From: Anolis carolinensis
Taxonomy: Eukaryota
Assembly: GCF_035594765.1 (NCBI RefSeq)
Contig: NC_085844.1
Span: forward strand, 31,201,923-31,265,922
Reading direction: 5' to 3'
DNA: 64,000 nt
The translations under genes and the position numbers were made by a program. Under the pieces are notes generated by a model, which searched no databases, was not told the origin of the DNA, and saw only the letters and a list, made by a program, of their open reading frames with translations. How positions within the stretch are numbered: position 1 is the stretch's first letter; every line of letters begins with the position of its first letter. Below are positions 1 to 10,990 of this stretch, piece by piece.

Positions 1-83
1 TTGAAATAGTTGTCTTATCCATACCTTGGCTAAGTCATGCATCACAATGGAGACTGCAGTCAAGAAATCAGAGGAAGACTAGG
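1..83 (+). mobile_element. RTE-clade LINE RT-region fragment
   Basis: ggagactgcagtcaagaaatcagaggaagactagga resembles RTE/BovB-type ORF sequence; truncated by the window edge and a MITE. Confidence 0.55.
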
Positions 84-300
84 AGTGTATATACACTGTA
101 GAATTAATGCAGTTTGATAGCATGTTAACTTCATTGGCTCAATGCTATGGAATCATGACAGCTGCAGTTTGGTGAGGAGTCAGCGCTTTTTGGCAGAGAA
201 GACTAAAGATGTTGTAAAACTGCACCTCCCAGTATTTCATAGTCTGAGCCATCTCAGTTAAAATGTCAAACTGCATTTATTCTACAGTGTGAATGCCTCC
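84..300. mobile_element. Palindromic non-autonomous DNA transposon (Harbinger-like MITE family A)
   Basis: tacactgtagaattaatgcagttt ... aaactgcatttattctacagtgt inverted ends; same family recurs at 2102-2279, 24969-25189, 44156-44365, 56536-56937, 61652-61805. Confidence 0.75.
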
Positions 301-2101
301 CAAACGGAGTAGATTTTACATTTACTGGATGACCCTTTATGTAAGCACTGGAGAAGAGATATTATAAATGAACGGCAATTATTGAATAAATACGGGTTTG
401 GGATGACAGGTTACCCAAACACCCAAGACTTTTGATGCCCCCCATCCATTTCAGTGCCATTTTTGTGCAAGCATTTGTTTCTGCCAGGCTTTGTGTGCTG
501 AACACAGCTTTGCGACTCCCTCCTGAAAACTGGGTAGAGGATTTTCAACTTGATCAGACCAAGCTTGATTGGAATCACCTCTCTCTGGCTCTGCAGTCGT
601 TCACAAAGCCAATTAGTGCAGGCCTTGGTGCCTCTCCCCCAGCTGTGAGCCGAGTGCGAGAGCAGGGCTCCATTTTGAGCTCTGACACACCACCTGAGTC
701 CTGCAACCAGCTAATAGAAGTCTTCCAAGGGCAAACCCATCACAACGCCATTCTATTCACTCCACAGTCCTCCTTTTCGTGCTGCCACCCCTCCCCGAAA
801 AGAACAGATCTGCAGGCAGGAAAACCCATTTACTCAAAAATAAGAGTAAAATGTTTTTTCTCCTTCCGATAATGCTCCTCGTTCTTTCAGTAGGTATTAT
901 GCTCCATAATGCGCTGCGCACACCCATTTTGTCATCGCTTTGGGTCATCCTTGCTCACAATTGGTTATTTACTCAGGGGCTTTTGAAATTACTGAGTTGA
1001 CACATCTGTCAGACGGCGAAAGCAGAAATGCTAAAAGGTCACTTGGAGAGAAACCAGCTGCTTCAAGACAAACCTTTCTGCCTTCAAATAGCACAGTCAT
1101 TATAGCTTGGCAGATGGGGCCTCGGCTTTCATTTCTGTTTTTTCTCCTTCACTTCAGGTATTTAGATATATACTACCTCATTGCCAGGTCAGCATAGGTC
1201 TCGTAATTACCAACACAATAGGCAACTCTCTGCTTAAGGAAAACAGCTCCATTTTTCCTTCAAACAGAGAGCCAGATAGGAACCACAGACATAGTCTCCA
1301 CAAACTTTCCAATTAACAAATTAGTTCTGACAGGAATAAGTACATTTTTATTACACCTACTCCCAACATTATACCGGGAAACTGGCATTAAGTGCTGAGC
1401 ATATTGCTTTTGAGAGCCTACGGATGCTTTTGGCAGCGATAGGGGTATAGCTGACCAAATAACTCTTAATCACAAATGGATCTGAGGAATTTGGCCTCCC
1501 TTCTAGATAGCCGAATATTCATGAACAGGTTGCAGTTTCCTTGCCTTTTGTCTTCATCCAAATTTATTTGATGGATGCCTTTTAGAATGTTTGGCACCTC
1601 ATGAGGCCTAATTGTGATCAGTTAGGATGTACTTTTAGCTATTCCTTAATTAGGTAAGGCAACATACCAAACTTTGAGCAGGAAAGAAACTTTACAAAGA
1701 ATTCTGGAACAGCTGTTAAGGAGACCACATTCATTAGTCTTGTCTTGCAAAGAGATGAAAGGCACCGCCTTGTTGCCTCTGCCGGTCTCCTGGGAGCTCC
1801 AAGTAGCCATTCTGGAATAGGGTTGCTGGATCTCAGAACTTGGCCCCAAGTCTCCAGTTTTTGAAGACCATCTCTCTTAATGCAGAAGTTTGTTGCAATT
1901 TGCAAATGATTTCTTGCAGTAACTCACAAAAGACTATTCAGATGGTCTACATGCATCAATTGTGTCCAACCATTGGGCCTCAAGGTGTTTTGGACTTCGG
2001 CTCCCAGAATTCCTCACCACTGGACAAGGGTTTCTGGGAGTTGGAACTGCAAACACCTGAAGGACCAAAGGTTGGACACCATTAGTCTACAGATTAAATT
2101 A

Positions 2102-2279
2102 GGGTACATCTAGGATTAATACTGTTTGACACATTAATTTAACTGCTATGGAATCCTGGGAGCTGATGTTTTACATGGTCTTTAGCCATATCTGTCAAAA
2201 AATGCCTCACCAAAAGTTTGACACCACAGTAATTCAAGTGATGTCAAACTGCACTAATTCTACAGTGTAGATGTACCCT
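2102..2279. mobile_element. Harbinger-like MITE family A
   Basis: gggtacatcta ... tagatgtaccc terminal inverted repeats. Confidence 0.7.
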
Positions 2280-2469
2280 AGGTATGCGGCAGTTGATGTG
2301 AGGGTGCTGTATAGGCAACTATAAAAATGGATTTTCAGTTCACTGTTTTAGATTTGGTTTGCTTTGAACTGTGTCCTTCTGTTGGTAGATGGGTTTTTCT
2401 ATTCACAGAATGGACAAGGATCCAATGCAGCCTCTACAAATGGGAGGAGAGAAAGATTTCTCTTTTAGT

Positions 2470-2910
2470 CATGTCCAGAGAAGGGCGACCAAAATGATCA
2501 AAGATCTGGAAACTAAGCTCTATGAGGAGCGGCTGAGGGAGCTAAGTATGTTTAGTTTGGAGAAGAGAAAAGAGGGAACATGACAGCTATGATTAAATAT
2601 TTGAAAGGATGTCACACTGAGGAAGGAGCATGCTTTTCTTCTGCTGTTCTAGAGACCAGGACATGGAGCAATGGATTCAAACTGCAGAAAAAGAGAATTA
2701 CACCTAAACATTAGGAAGAACTTCTTGACAATAAGAGCTGTTTGACAATGGAATATTCTGCCTTGAAGCGTGAAGGAGTCACCTTCTCTGAAGATTTTTA
2801 AGCAGAGGCTGGATGGCCATCTGTCAGATGTATTTTGATTGTGTCTTCCTGCCTGGCAGAGTGGGGACTGGATGGGCCTTGTGGCATCTTCCCACTCTGA
2901 TTCTATGATT
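2470..2910 (+). mobile_element. CR1 LINE, 5'-truncated 3' end
   Basis: Translates VQRRATKMIKDLE..YEERLRELSMFSLEKR (CR1 ORF2 C-terminus); ends in CR1-type gattctatgatt tail. Confidence 0.9.
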
Positions 2911-3042
2911 TGAAATACACCTCACATGTAGTTCCAAATGTTCTTCAAAGCCTTTGGAATAAATTTTCATTAGGCCCAAAGATTTCAGGGAAAGTTGAGT
3001 TGAAAAATGGATGAATTTATGGACCTAACTCACTTTAACAGA

Positions 3043-3191
3043 GGGCCCTTCCACACAGCCATATAACCCAGAATATCAAGGCAGATAATCCACAACATCT
3101 GCTTTGAACTGGATTATCTGAGTCTATATTGCCATATAACCCAGATCAAAGCAGATAATGTGTGATTTTATACAGCTGTGTGGAAGGGGCC
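3043..3191. mobile_element. Harbinger-like MITE family B (~150 bp)
   Basis: TIRs ggcccttccacacagc / gctgtgtggaaggggcc with internal aaagcagataat repeats; many copies in the window. Confidence 0.8.
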
Positions 3192-3399
3192 TGAGAAACT
3201 CTGGACACAACTGCCAACACTTCTCAGCTGCACTGGAGACGTTTACTGGGTTTTAAAAAGTAGTTTAAATGGTTTCAGTATAAAAATAACACAACTGGAG
3301 CAACAATTACTCAAACAGTAGCCCCAATGCCAAGTTCACCTGGTTTTCTCCAGAACAGCTAATCTAAATCAGGAATGTCTGTGGCCTGGCTTGAATCTT

Positions 3400-4070
3400 A
3401 GATGTTTTGCAATGTGAAGAGGTAACATTATTATCATCCATCATTAAATCCACTAAGTGTCAAAACTTATCACCTTGACACTTTAATGATCCTTAAGCTG
3501 TCCTTGGGAAAGCTTGGTGCCATGGCAACCATTCAAAACACACCACCCCTCTTACTGCTGAACTTCCTTTAATAAATCAGGCATAATTGGCATCTATGCA
3601 TTATAATAAATTAAAAGTTATTCAACTGGAATGGTTTTATATTGTGCAATATTAAGTCATTAAATTGCCTGTCCTAATCTCTCCTTTGTGGTAGAATTCC
3701 TCATGTGGGGTGGGGGTTGGGGTGGTTATTTTTTAACATGCAGGATTTTTATCTAACCTTGCACTTAAAACTGAAGATTGTTAATGGCTTTGTGGAGAGA
3801 GAGGGGAGAAAAGGCAGCGAATTAATGCAGGAGCTGTCACCTGCTGACACCTGGGTTCAATTTCTGGTTAGCTGAAGCCCCCAGAGCAATGCGTTATCTA
3901 TAAGAAGTGGGATAATTAAATTAATGTGCTAAAATTAATTTTTCAGCCCCAAATCATAAGTAAACAAACAAGTTGGCTTGTTAACCCTTTCTTTTCTCTG
4001 TTTACCTGCTTGTTGTTCACATCTGGGGAATCATGTTTAAAATGCTTAGAGTCATATGGATCATGAAGAA
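3400..4070. promoter_or_regulatory. Candidate conserved non-coding element / enhancer
   Basis: TE-free; near-consensus RFX X-box ggtgccatggcaac (~3517-3530), many TAAT/ATTA homeodomain cores, ctgtca/tgaca TALE-type sites; function inferred only. Confidence 0.3.
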
Positions 4071-4321
4071 ACATTTGCAAGCTCTTTGAATTATGCTCTT
4101 CTTTTTATAGACTGGGTACTGTTTTGGAAAAGAGGAAGATCATATTGCAGGTGGACAAACCCAAGCAAGGAAGACCTCTGCAGGGCTGTTGGGGTGTATT
4201 TACACTGATGAATTAATGCAGTTTGCCACCCCTTTAACAGGCACTGAGTCTAACAAATTAATTATTTCTTTCAGAAATTTGTACCCCATTTTCTCCCTTT
4301 AAAATAGAAGTAACTAAAACT

Positions 4322-4420
4322 AAGCCTGGCATTATGAGAAGATATGACTACCTAGAACAGACAATAAGGCTTTGCAAAGTGGAAGGCAGTAGGGAAAAGA
4401 GGAAGACAGCTAGTCAGACT
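4322..4420 (+). mobile_element. RTE LINE 3' ORF fragment
   Basis: cattatgagaagatatgactacctagaacagacaata...aaagtggaaggcagtagggaaaagaggaagac, similar to the RTE fragment at ~11100-11210. Confidence 0.55.
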
Positions 4421-4555
4421 TTTGCCATCGTAATGTGCTTTCTTGGTTGTTATGGAGGTTGGAATTCACCTTTTCTTAGCTGCAACCTCTACTGAATCCA
4501 TCAATTTCCTGATCAATGAAGACTGTGGGGAGCAATAGATAAAACAGCTATTAAA

Positions 4556-5175
4556 ATAGCTATACTGGCTGCCGAAAGTTTCCAGTCCCAATTCAAGGTG
4601 CTGATTATCACCTATAAAGTCTTTAACAGTTGGGGTCCGTCCAGCCTATCTTTGTGATCGTATCTTCTATTACGAACCTGCAGAAACTTTAAAATCTGCT
4701 GGGGAGGCCCTTCTCTCGTTTCCACCACCGTCACAAACACGGTTGGTGCGGACAAGGGAGAGGGCTTTCTTAGTGATGGCCTCCTGGCTCTGGAACACCC
4801 TCCCAAGAGAAATTAGACTAGCCCCCACCTTGGCCACTTTCCCGAAAGACCTAAAAACTTGGTTATTTCATTGTGTCTTTGACTTAGCCCTTCCACCCCT
4901 GCCTTAATACCTGGCCTCTGCACTTTATTACCAGCTCCTGCTAACAGTGGCCTTGTAGTACATTGCCCATGGTGCTCAGCTATTGGTTATTGGTTGTTGT
5001 TGAGTTATGTTTTTATAATGTTTTATATGTTTTTATGTGCTAATTCATTGTAACTACAATGTACTTTACGTTGATGCATTTTATTGCTGTTTTACTGGGT
5101 TTGATCCTCATATAAGCTGCCCCAAGTCCCCCTGGGGAGATGGGGTGGGATATAAGAATAAAATTATTATTATTA
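4556..5175 (+). mobile_element. L2-clade LINE 3' end
   Basis: Degenerate WLP...QFKVLIITYK..N..GP ORF2 C-terminus, T-rich 3' UTR, L2-type tail aagctgcccaagtcccctggggagatggggtgg plus (TTA)n. Confidence 0.8.
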
Positions 5176-5494
5176 TAAGCTATTTTCTTTAGCCAGACAT
5201 ACAGCAATAGCATCATTTTCAATCCCCTGAAATCCCCTGAAAGTTCCTGTAGATGCCTCTTTCTGTGTGTCCTGATACAGGAAAACAGCTAGACATTTTT
5301 TTCTGTTCTTCCCATTCTCCATTGATCAGATCCGGAGGGCTTCAGCTAAGAAAAGGAGTTTGGATTGGAGACGATCATAGCTGCTATCTCCATGATAATG
5401 GCCTAGATTGTAACATATAAAGCACATGTTAGCAAGAACCAGCTATTAAAACATTTGCAACAAAGTAAAAAAAAGAAGCCAGCATGGTATAAAG

Positions 5495-6217
5495 CAGGGG
5501 TCCTCAAACTTTTTAAACCGAGGGCCAGTCCACAATCCTTCAGACTGTTGAGGGGCCGGATTATCATTTAAAAAAAAAATACAAATTCCGATGCACACTG
5601 CACATGTCTTATTTGTAATGCAAAAACAACAAGAAGAAGAAGAACAATGAAAGAACAATACAATATTTAAAAATAAAAACAATTTTAACCAACATACATT
5701 TATCAGGATTTCAATGGGAAGTGTGCTCCTGCTTCTGGCCAATGAGATAGTCAAGTTAATTAGGATTGCTGTTGTTGTTGTGTGCCTTCAAGTCATTTCA
5801 GACTTTGGGTGAGCCTAAGTCTCAAATTTATTTATATATTATTTATTTATTTACTGCATTTATTTACTACATTTGTATCACACCCTTCTCACCCCAAAGG
5901 GGACTCAGAGTGGCTTACAAATTATATGTACATACAATATATTATATTATTAGCATAGCACAATATTACCATTATGTATTATTATATTGAACTGTACCAC
6001 TATACTGTAATATTATGAGTAATATTATATTTAATATAGAATATATAATTAATATTATTATGTGGTATCATTATTAGTGTTATATTGTATTACATTATAA
6101 TATTATCAATATTATATGTATATACAATATATTATATTATAAAACTGAGGGCGGGGGCCAGGTAAATGACCTCGGAGGGCCGCATCCGGCCCCCGGGCCT
6201 TAGTTTGGGGACCCCTG
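5495..6217. mobile_element. Non-autonomous hAT (Charlie-type) DNA transposon
   Basis: TIRs CAGGGGTCCTCAAACT / AGTTTGGGGACCCCTG; perfect 8-bp TSD GTATAAAG at 5487-5494 and 6218-6225. Confidence 0.92.
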
Positions 6218-6225
6218 GTATAAAG

Positions 6226-6692
6226 GTTTGAGCATTGGAATATGACTTTGGAGACCAGTTTTAAGTTCCTACTCAGCCATGAAACCCACCTGGTGATTTT
6301 GGGCAAGTCCTACTCTCTCAGCCTCAGAAGAAGGCAATGGCAAACCTCTTCTGAACAAATCTTGAAAAGTGAATCCTGTGACAACTTCATCTTGGAGTTG
6401 CTATAGGTCAGAAGTGACTTTTTTGTGTCATGAGCTTCTGGTGTGAGAGAATTGGCCATCTGCAAGGATGTTACCCAGGGGATGCCCTGATGTTTTGATG
6501 TTTTTATCACACTTGTGGGAGGCTTCTCTCTCATGTCCTCACATGGTGTTGGAGCTGATAGAGGGAGCTCATCCACACTCTTCCTAGGTTGGATTTGAAC
6601 CAGCAACCTTCAAGTCTTCAGTCCTGCTGGTACAAGGATTTAACCCACTGCACCACCAGGCCCCCAGTGACCTGAAGGCACACAACAACAAG
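6226..6692 (+). mobile_element. tRNA-derived SINE (MIR/core-like), split by the hAT at 5495-6217 and a SINE at 6420-6665
   Basis: tgattttgggcaagtcctactctctcagcctcag core; tail gaaggcacacaacaacaa resumes after the nested insertion; related copy at 35525-35705. Confidence 0.7.
6420..6665 (-). mobile_element. tRNA-head SINE with hairpin/poly-A tail (family C)
   Basis: Poly-T followed by gtgtca...ttctggtgtgagagaattggcc; A/B-box head at the right end; flanked by agtgac duplication; copies at 8050-8166, 23780-24278, 34237-34506, 47176-47330. Confidence 0.8.
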
Positions 6693-8187
6693 AAGTGATA
6701 TAATGGGGCTCCTCTTGATTCAGGGTGGGATGTATAACAAGGTTAATCTATACAAGGCAGCTGCAGACTTTTAACTTCTTTTTATCCATTGTAAAGCGAG
6801 TAGCTACTACAGTGAGTTTTTTTTTCCAGTGTGCCAGACTTTATTCATCAGAAGCTAACAAGATTGTTTGAGTTCAATTGGATCTAGTGGTGTGTTGAGC
6901 TCTGATGACAGAAACACATCGCTCCTAGCTGTGACTACAGAGCCAATGTGGAATAACCTGTCTCCCATTGTGCTGAATTGCCACTATCACTTTTTATCCC
7001 ATGTAAAGACTGCACTACTCGGTGTATGAAAAATGCATTCTTGAACCACTCTGAATTAGTTTTTAATGTACTGTGACCTCGGATTGCCCCAGGATATTAA
7101 TGCTAAATGATTACTTCTGAATGCTTTTTGAATAGCTGCAAAGAGCAATTAAATGTGCCATACATCACACATGACACAGTTAAATGCCTCTTCTGGTCAA
7201 GGAACCTAAACAATTCTTTCAGATGATGGTAATTCCATAGTACTGGAAAGGCAAAAAGAGCACTTGTTACCATAAAAAAGTCTAAATGGGAGTAGGCGAT
7301 AACCTTTGCCTGAGGTTGATCAAAAGGAAATGAATTTTTTATGGAGAGCTAAAAGGAAGATGATTTCTGATTACTGCAAAACTAGTGTCCCATTATATTA
7401 TGCGCTCTTCAGTATCTAGGTATAGAGGGAACGATGATAAATCTCATCATGGAATGACATATTTCCAATTTTATTTTGGTGTGGATGATAAAAGATTGAG
7501 TGTGAACAATAAAACAAGTACAGAGGATAGATAAGATGAGTAAGTGAATTACATCAAACAAGTGGAAAGTGCAAGAAAACATTGTAGGGAGGAGTGCTTC
7601 TACTCCATGCTCCAGACACACCAATCCATTCTAATTGCTTATTTATTGCTTTATGTTATCCAGTAGTTGATTTGTATTTTATTAACATCCCATCACCTTT
7701 GTAAATATGTTATTGTTTACAAATTCACTGCATTTGAACATTTGCTTCGAGTAGGCACAATGGTCAAACTATAATCCAGTATGCTAAATGCTGAAACGAA
7801 TATCCAGCCTCATAATCATTGATTTACAGCCTAACATGTGATGGGAGTTGCATCAGAAGAAAGACATTTACATGCTTCTGCAAATCTATCGATCTTATGA
7901 CCATTGGCAGCTGGTGCTTTCACTGTCAATGGGGTGGTGAATCCATTCTGGGTTTTAGTCTGAACTGTAAAAGAGCTGCTCTAGATCCTAGACCAATAAT
8001 CCCCAAATTCTTGTCCGCTTCAGTTTCCAGAAGTCTCAGCTACCTTTAGCCTCCCACAGGATGGTAAAATATCTGGGCATCCCCTGGGCAACGTCCTTCC
8101 AGACGGCCAATTCTCTCACATCAGAAGCGACTTGCAGTTTCTCAAGTTGCTCCTGACATGCAAAAATACCCAAAACTTTTTAACTCA

Positions 8188-8335
8188 GGCCCCTTCTACA
8201 CTGCCATATAATCCTGATTATCAAAGAAAATAATCCACATTATCGGCTTTGAACTGGATTAAATGAGTCTGCACTGCCATATAATTGTATTCAAAGCATA
8301 TAATCTGGATTTTATATGTCAGTGTAGAAGGGGTC
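8188..8335. mobile_element. Harbinger-like MITE family B
   Basis: ggccccttctacactgcc ... gtgtagaaggggtc; a shorter copy follows at 8427-8501. Confidence 0.8.
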
Positions 8336-8635
8336 TAAAACACATGAAAAACCAGAATTTGGAACATTGCCCAAAACCTGTTTAGAGATTCAGCAACTTG
8401 AACAGTTCCTTTAAACTTTAGTCTAAGGCCTTTCTACACTGCCAGATAATCCAGTTCAAAGCAAATAATCTGGATTTTATATGGCAGCGTAGAAGGGGCC
8501 TCAATCTCACAGCTCCAGACATTTGATTTTTCTGATTTGTTTTGGCACTATTATTACATATCTGAACTGTCCAGGGCACACAAGGTGATATGTATTGATG
8601 AAAAACATTTAAACAGTAAATATATGAGCAAAATA

Positions 8636-9690
8636 TGTTATGATTGAGCCTCATGGCTCTGTTACTGACAGACGTGGGCGTAAGACTCCTCGAGAGTCAG
8701 ATACTCTCGAGGAGCGAGAAAGAAAAAGACTGCGAGACATTTTTGCAGCACCATCTGACGAAGAGTCTTTTGAGGGGTTTACGGAGAGAATGGAGGAGGG
8801 GCTGGTTAGCTCGGAGGAGGATGAGATGGATTGGACTCGGGTGAGGGAGGAATTGGGTGCCACTGGCCATGATGGGATAGAAGATGAATGGGGACCTTCA
8901 GGATTAGACCCATGGTATAGCTGGAGGGATGGGACGGGATCCACAGCTGGAGATGCTGTGGGGCGTAGTCAGAGGTGTTCCAGCTCTGATGAGGAAAGTG
9001 ATGAGGAAACGCCCGGGTTAAGGAGGGCAGCTGACAGTGATGAGGATTTGTAACTGGCATAAAATGGGGCTTGGGAGCAATTGCAAATTGCGTTGGGCAA
9101 GGTAATCTGGACGAACGCTTGGGATCTGTGTGGGACGCTTTCCTGAAGACTGGTGTGTTTTCGTGTGCTGATATCTTGACCTTCCGTCGTCTTCTTGACG
9201 GACGCCATCTCCTGCTTTGAAAACTCGGACTGAACTGACCACGGCTTGTCTTCCCCCTTCTGGACTTGGAAACTACAAACGTCTGCTTCTGGCTTTGATC
9301 TACGGAAAGGAACTGGGTCTACTCTTCTGCTACAATCCTTGGCTGATCTGTTCGTGTTGGAAATCCTGTCTGCTGTGTGTGTGGGAGCGACGCAAGTTAC
9401 TCTAAGCACAGTGTTGGCAGCAGAGAAGAATCTGCTGCCAATTAGTTGCATTCTTTTGTATCTTTTGTTCCTCGGCTTTTGTTTTGTTTATCCCCAGGCT
9501 GAAGCAAGCAGTTTGTTTTTACCCGGATTAAACTTCGGTTTAATCCGGTTTATCTTTTGAACGTTTTTCCTTGTCCCTTTTTGCTCCTAAAGGCTAATAC
9601 TGCCTGGCCCTTGTATTTTACGGGCATTTTTGAGTTCTGTAATCCAATAAACTCTGTTATCTTGAACCTTGTGGCGTTCTGTCCTTGACA
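8636..9690 (+). mobile_element. Solo LTR of an LTR retrotransposon (probably Gypsy/Ty3 or BEL), 1055 bp
   Basis: TGTTA...TGACA termini; perfect 5-bp TSD AAATA (8631-8635, 9691-9695); TATA-like CATAAAA at 9058-9064; AATAAA at 9646-9651; CpG-rich relative to the flanks. Confidence 0.9.
8640..9053 (+). CDS. LTR U3-encoded acidic, disordered 137-aa ORF with an FxGF (LEDGF-IBD/TND-interacting-like) motif; may be the C-terminal tail of a longer element ORF
   Basis: Uninterrupted ORF from the LTR edge to just before the TATA box; contains KRLRDIFAAPSDEESFEGF, several S-x-x-E/D CK2 consensus sites and basic patches RRGRK/RERKRLR. Confidence 0.55.
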   Translation: MIEPHGSVTDRRGRKTPRESDTLEERERKRLRDIFAAPSDEESFEGFTERMEEGLVSSEEDEMDWTRVREELGATGHDGIEDEWGPSGLDPWYSWRDGTGSTAGDAVGRSQRCSSSDEESDEETPGLRRAADSDEDL

Positions 9691-9730
9691 AAATACATTG
9701 TAAAGTACATGGTAAACTTTCATTTAAAAT

Positions 9731-9925
9731 ACAGGTTGAGCAGCTCTTAACCAGATTTCCAAAATACTCCAAAATTGTTCACATGTGTGTGGCTTTAATT
9801 TTCTGATGTTTCAATTTTTCAGTGTACACAAACTTTCTTCCATGCACAACATTATTAAAAATATCGTATAAAATTACATTTAGGCTATGGGTATAAGATG
9901 CAAATGAAACATGAATGAATAGCAA
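9731..9925. mobile_element. Tigger/pogo-like MITE fragment
   Basis: ta-caggttgagca start; related to 40922-41250 and 63206-63439. Confidence 0.55.
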
Positions 9926-10172
9926 AATTAGGATCACCCATATCGTAGTATTTAATGGTTTTTATGTATGGTTGTGAGAACTGGAAGGCGAAGAAAGAGG
10001 AAAGGAAAAAAAATCAACTCATTAAAAATACTGTGTTTGAGGAGGGTTCTGTAGATGCTATGCAGTCCCAAAATGAAAAATAAGTGGGCCTGAGGCTGGA
10101 TCTACACTGCCATATAATCCAGATTGTCAAATCAGATAATCCAGATTATCTTCTTTGAACTAGATTATATGA

Positions 10173-10320
10173 GGCCCCTTCTACACTGCCATATAAAATC
10201 CATATTATCTGCTTTCAACTGGTTGATATGGCAGTGTAGACTCATATAATCCATTTCAAAGCAGATAATGTGGATTATATGATTTGATAATCTGGATTAT
10301 GTGGTAGTGTAGAAGGGGCC
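10173..10320. mobile_element. Harbinger-like MITE family B nested in a copy of its own family
   Basis: TIRs ggccccttctacact / agtgtagaaggggcc; TSD TGA (10170-10172, 10321-10323). Confidence 0.85.
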
Positions 10321-10340
10321 TGAATCTACACTGACATATA

Positions 10341-10990
10341 CCGTATATACTTGAGTATAAGCCGACCCAAATGTAAGCCGAGGCACCTAATTTTACCACA
10401 AAAAACTGGGAAAACATTGACTCCAGTATAAGCCGAGGGTGGTAAATTTCAGAAATAAAAATAGATACCAATAAAATTATATTAATTGAGGCCTCAGTAG
10501 GTTAAATGTTTTTGAATATTTACATAAAGCTCAAATTTAAGATAAGACTGTTCAACTCTGATCAAATCATTATTCTCATCTTCAATGTACATGTGCTTAT
10601 GTATCCTTTTAATAATAATAGAGTAAAATAATACATGTAATAATAATAATAATAAATAATAATAAATACAGGAAAATAATGCATGTAATAATAAATAGAG
10701 TAAAATAATAAATGCAATAATAATAAAAATAAGATCAGAGTGAAATAATAAATGTAATAATAATAATAGAGTAAAATAAATGTAATAGTAGCAACAATAA
10801 TAGAGAAAAATAATAAATGTAATAATACCAATAATAATAGAGAAAAATAATAAATGTACCATATATTCTCGAGTATAAGCTGACCCAAATATAAGCCAAC
10901 CAGGACCCTCACCCGAGTATAAGCCGAGGGGGGCTTTCTCAGTCTTAAAAAAAGGGCTGAAAAACTAGGCTTATACTCTAGTATATACAG
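10341..10990. mobile_element. Tc1/mariner-superfamily (Tc2/pogo-like) non-autonomous element
   Basis: TIRs ccgtatatacttgagtataagcc / ggcttatactctagtatatacag, TA TSD, AT-rich interior, internal second copy of the left end at ~10859-10900. Confidence 0.85.

Noticed and set aside
432-872. 146-aa plus-strand ORF
   Set aside because: No recognisable domain, non-ATG-style start context and no convincing splice boundaries; probably a chance ORF in non-coding sequence.
8969-9451. 160-aa antisense ORF within the solo LTR
   Set aside because: No motif; GC-rich LTR sequence readily yields such ORFs. Worth revisiting only if conserved across family copies.
10494-10912. Hydrophobic Y/I/L-rich ORFs resembling membrane proteins
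   Set aside because: Translations of the AT-rich low-complexity interior of a DNA transposon.
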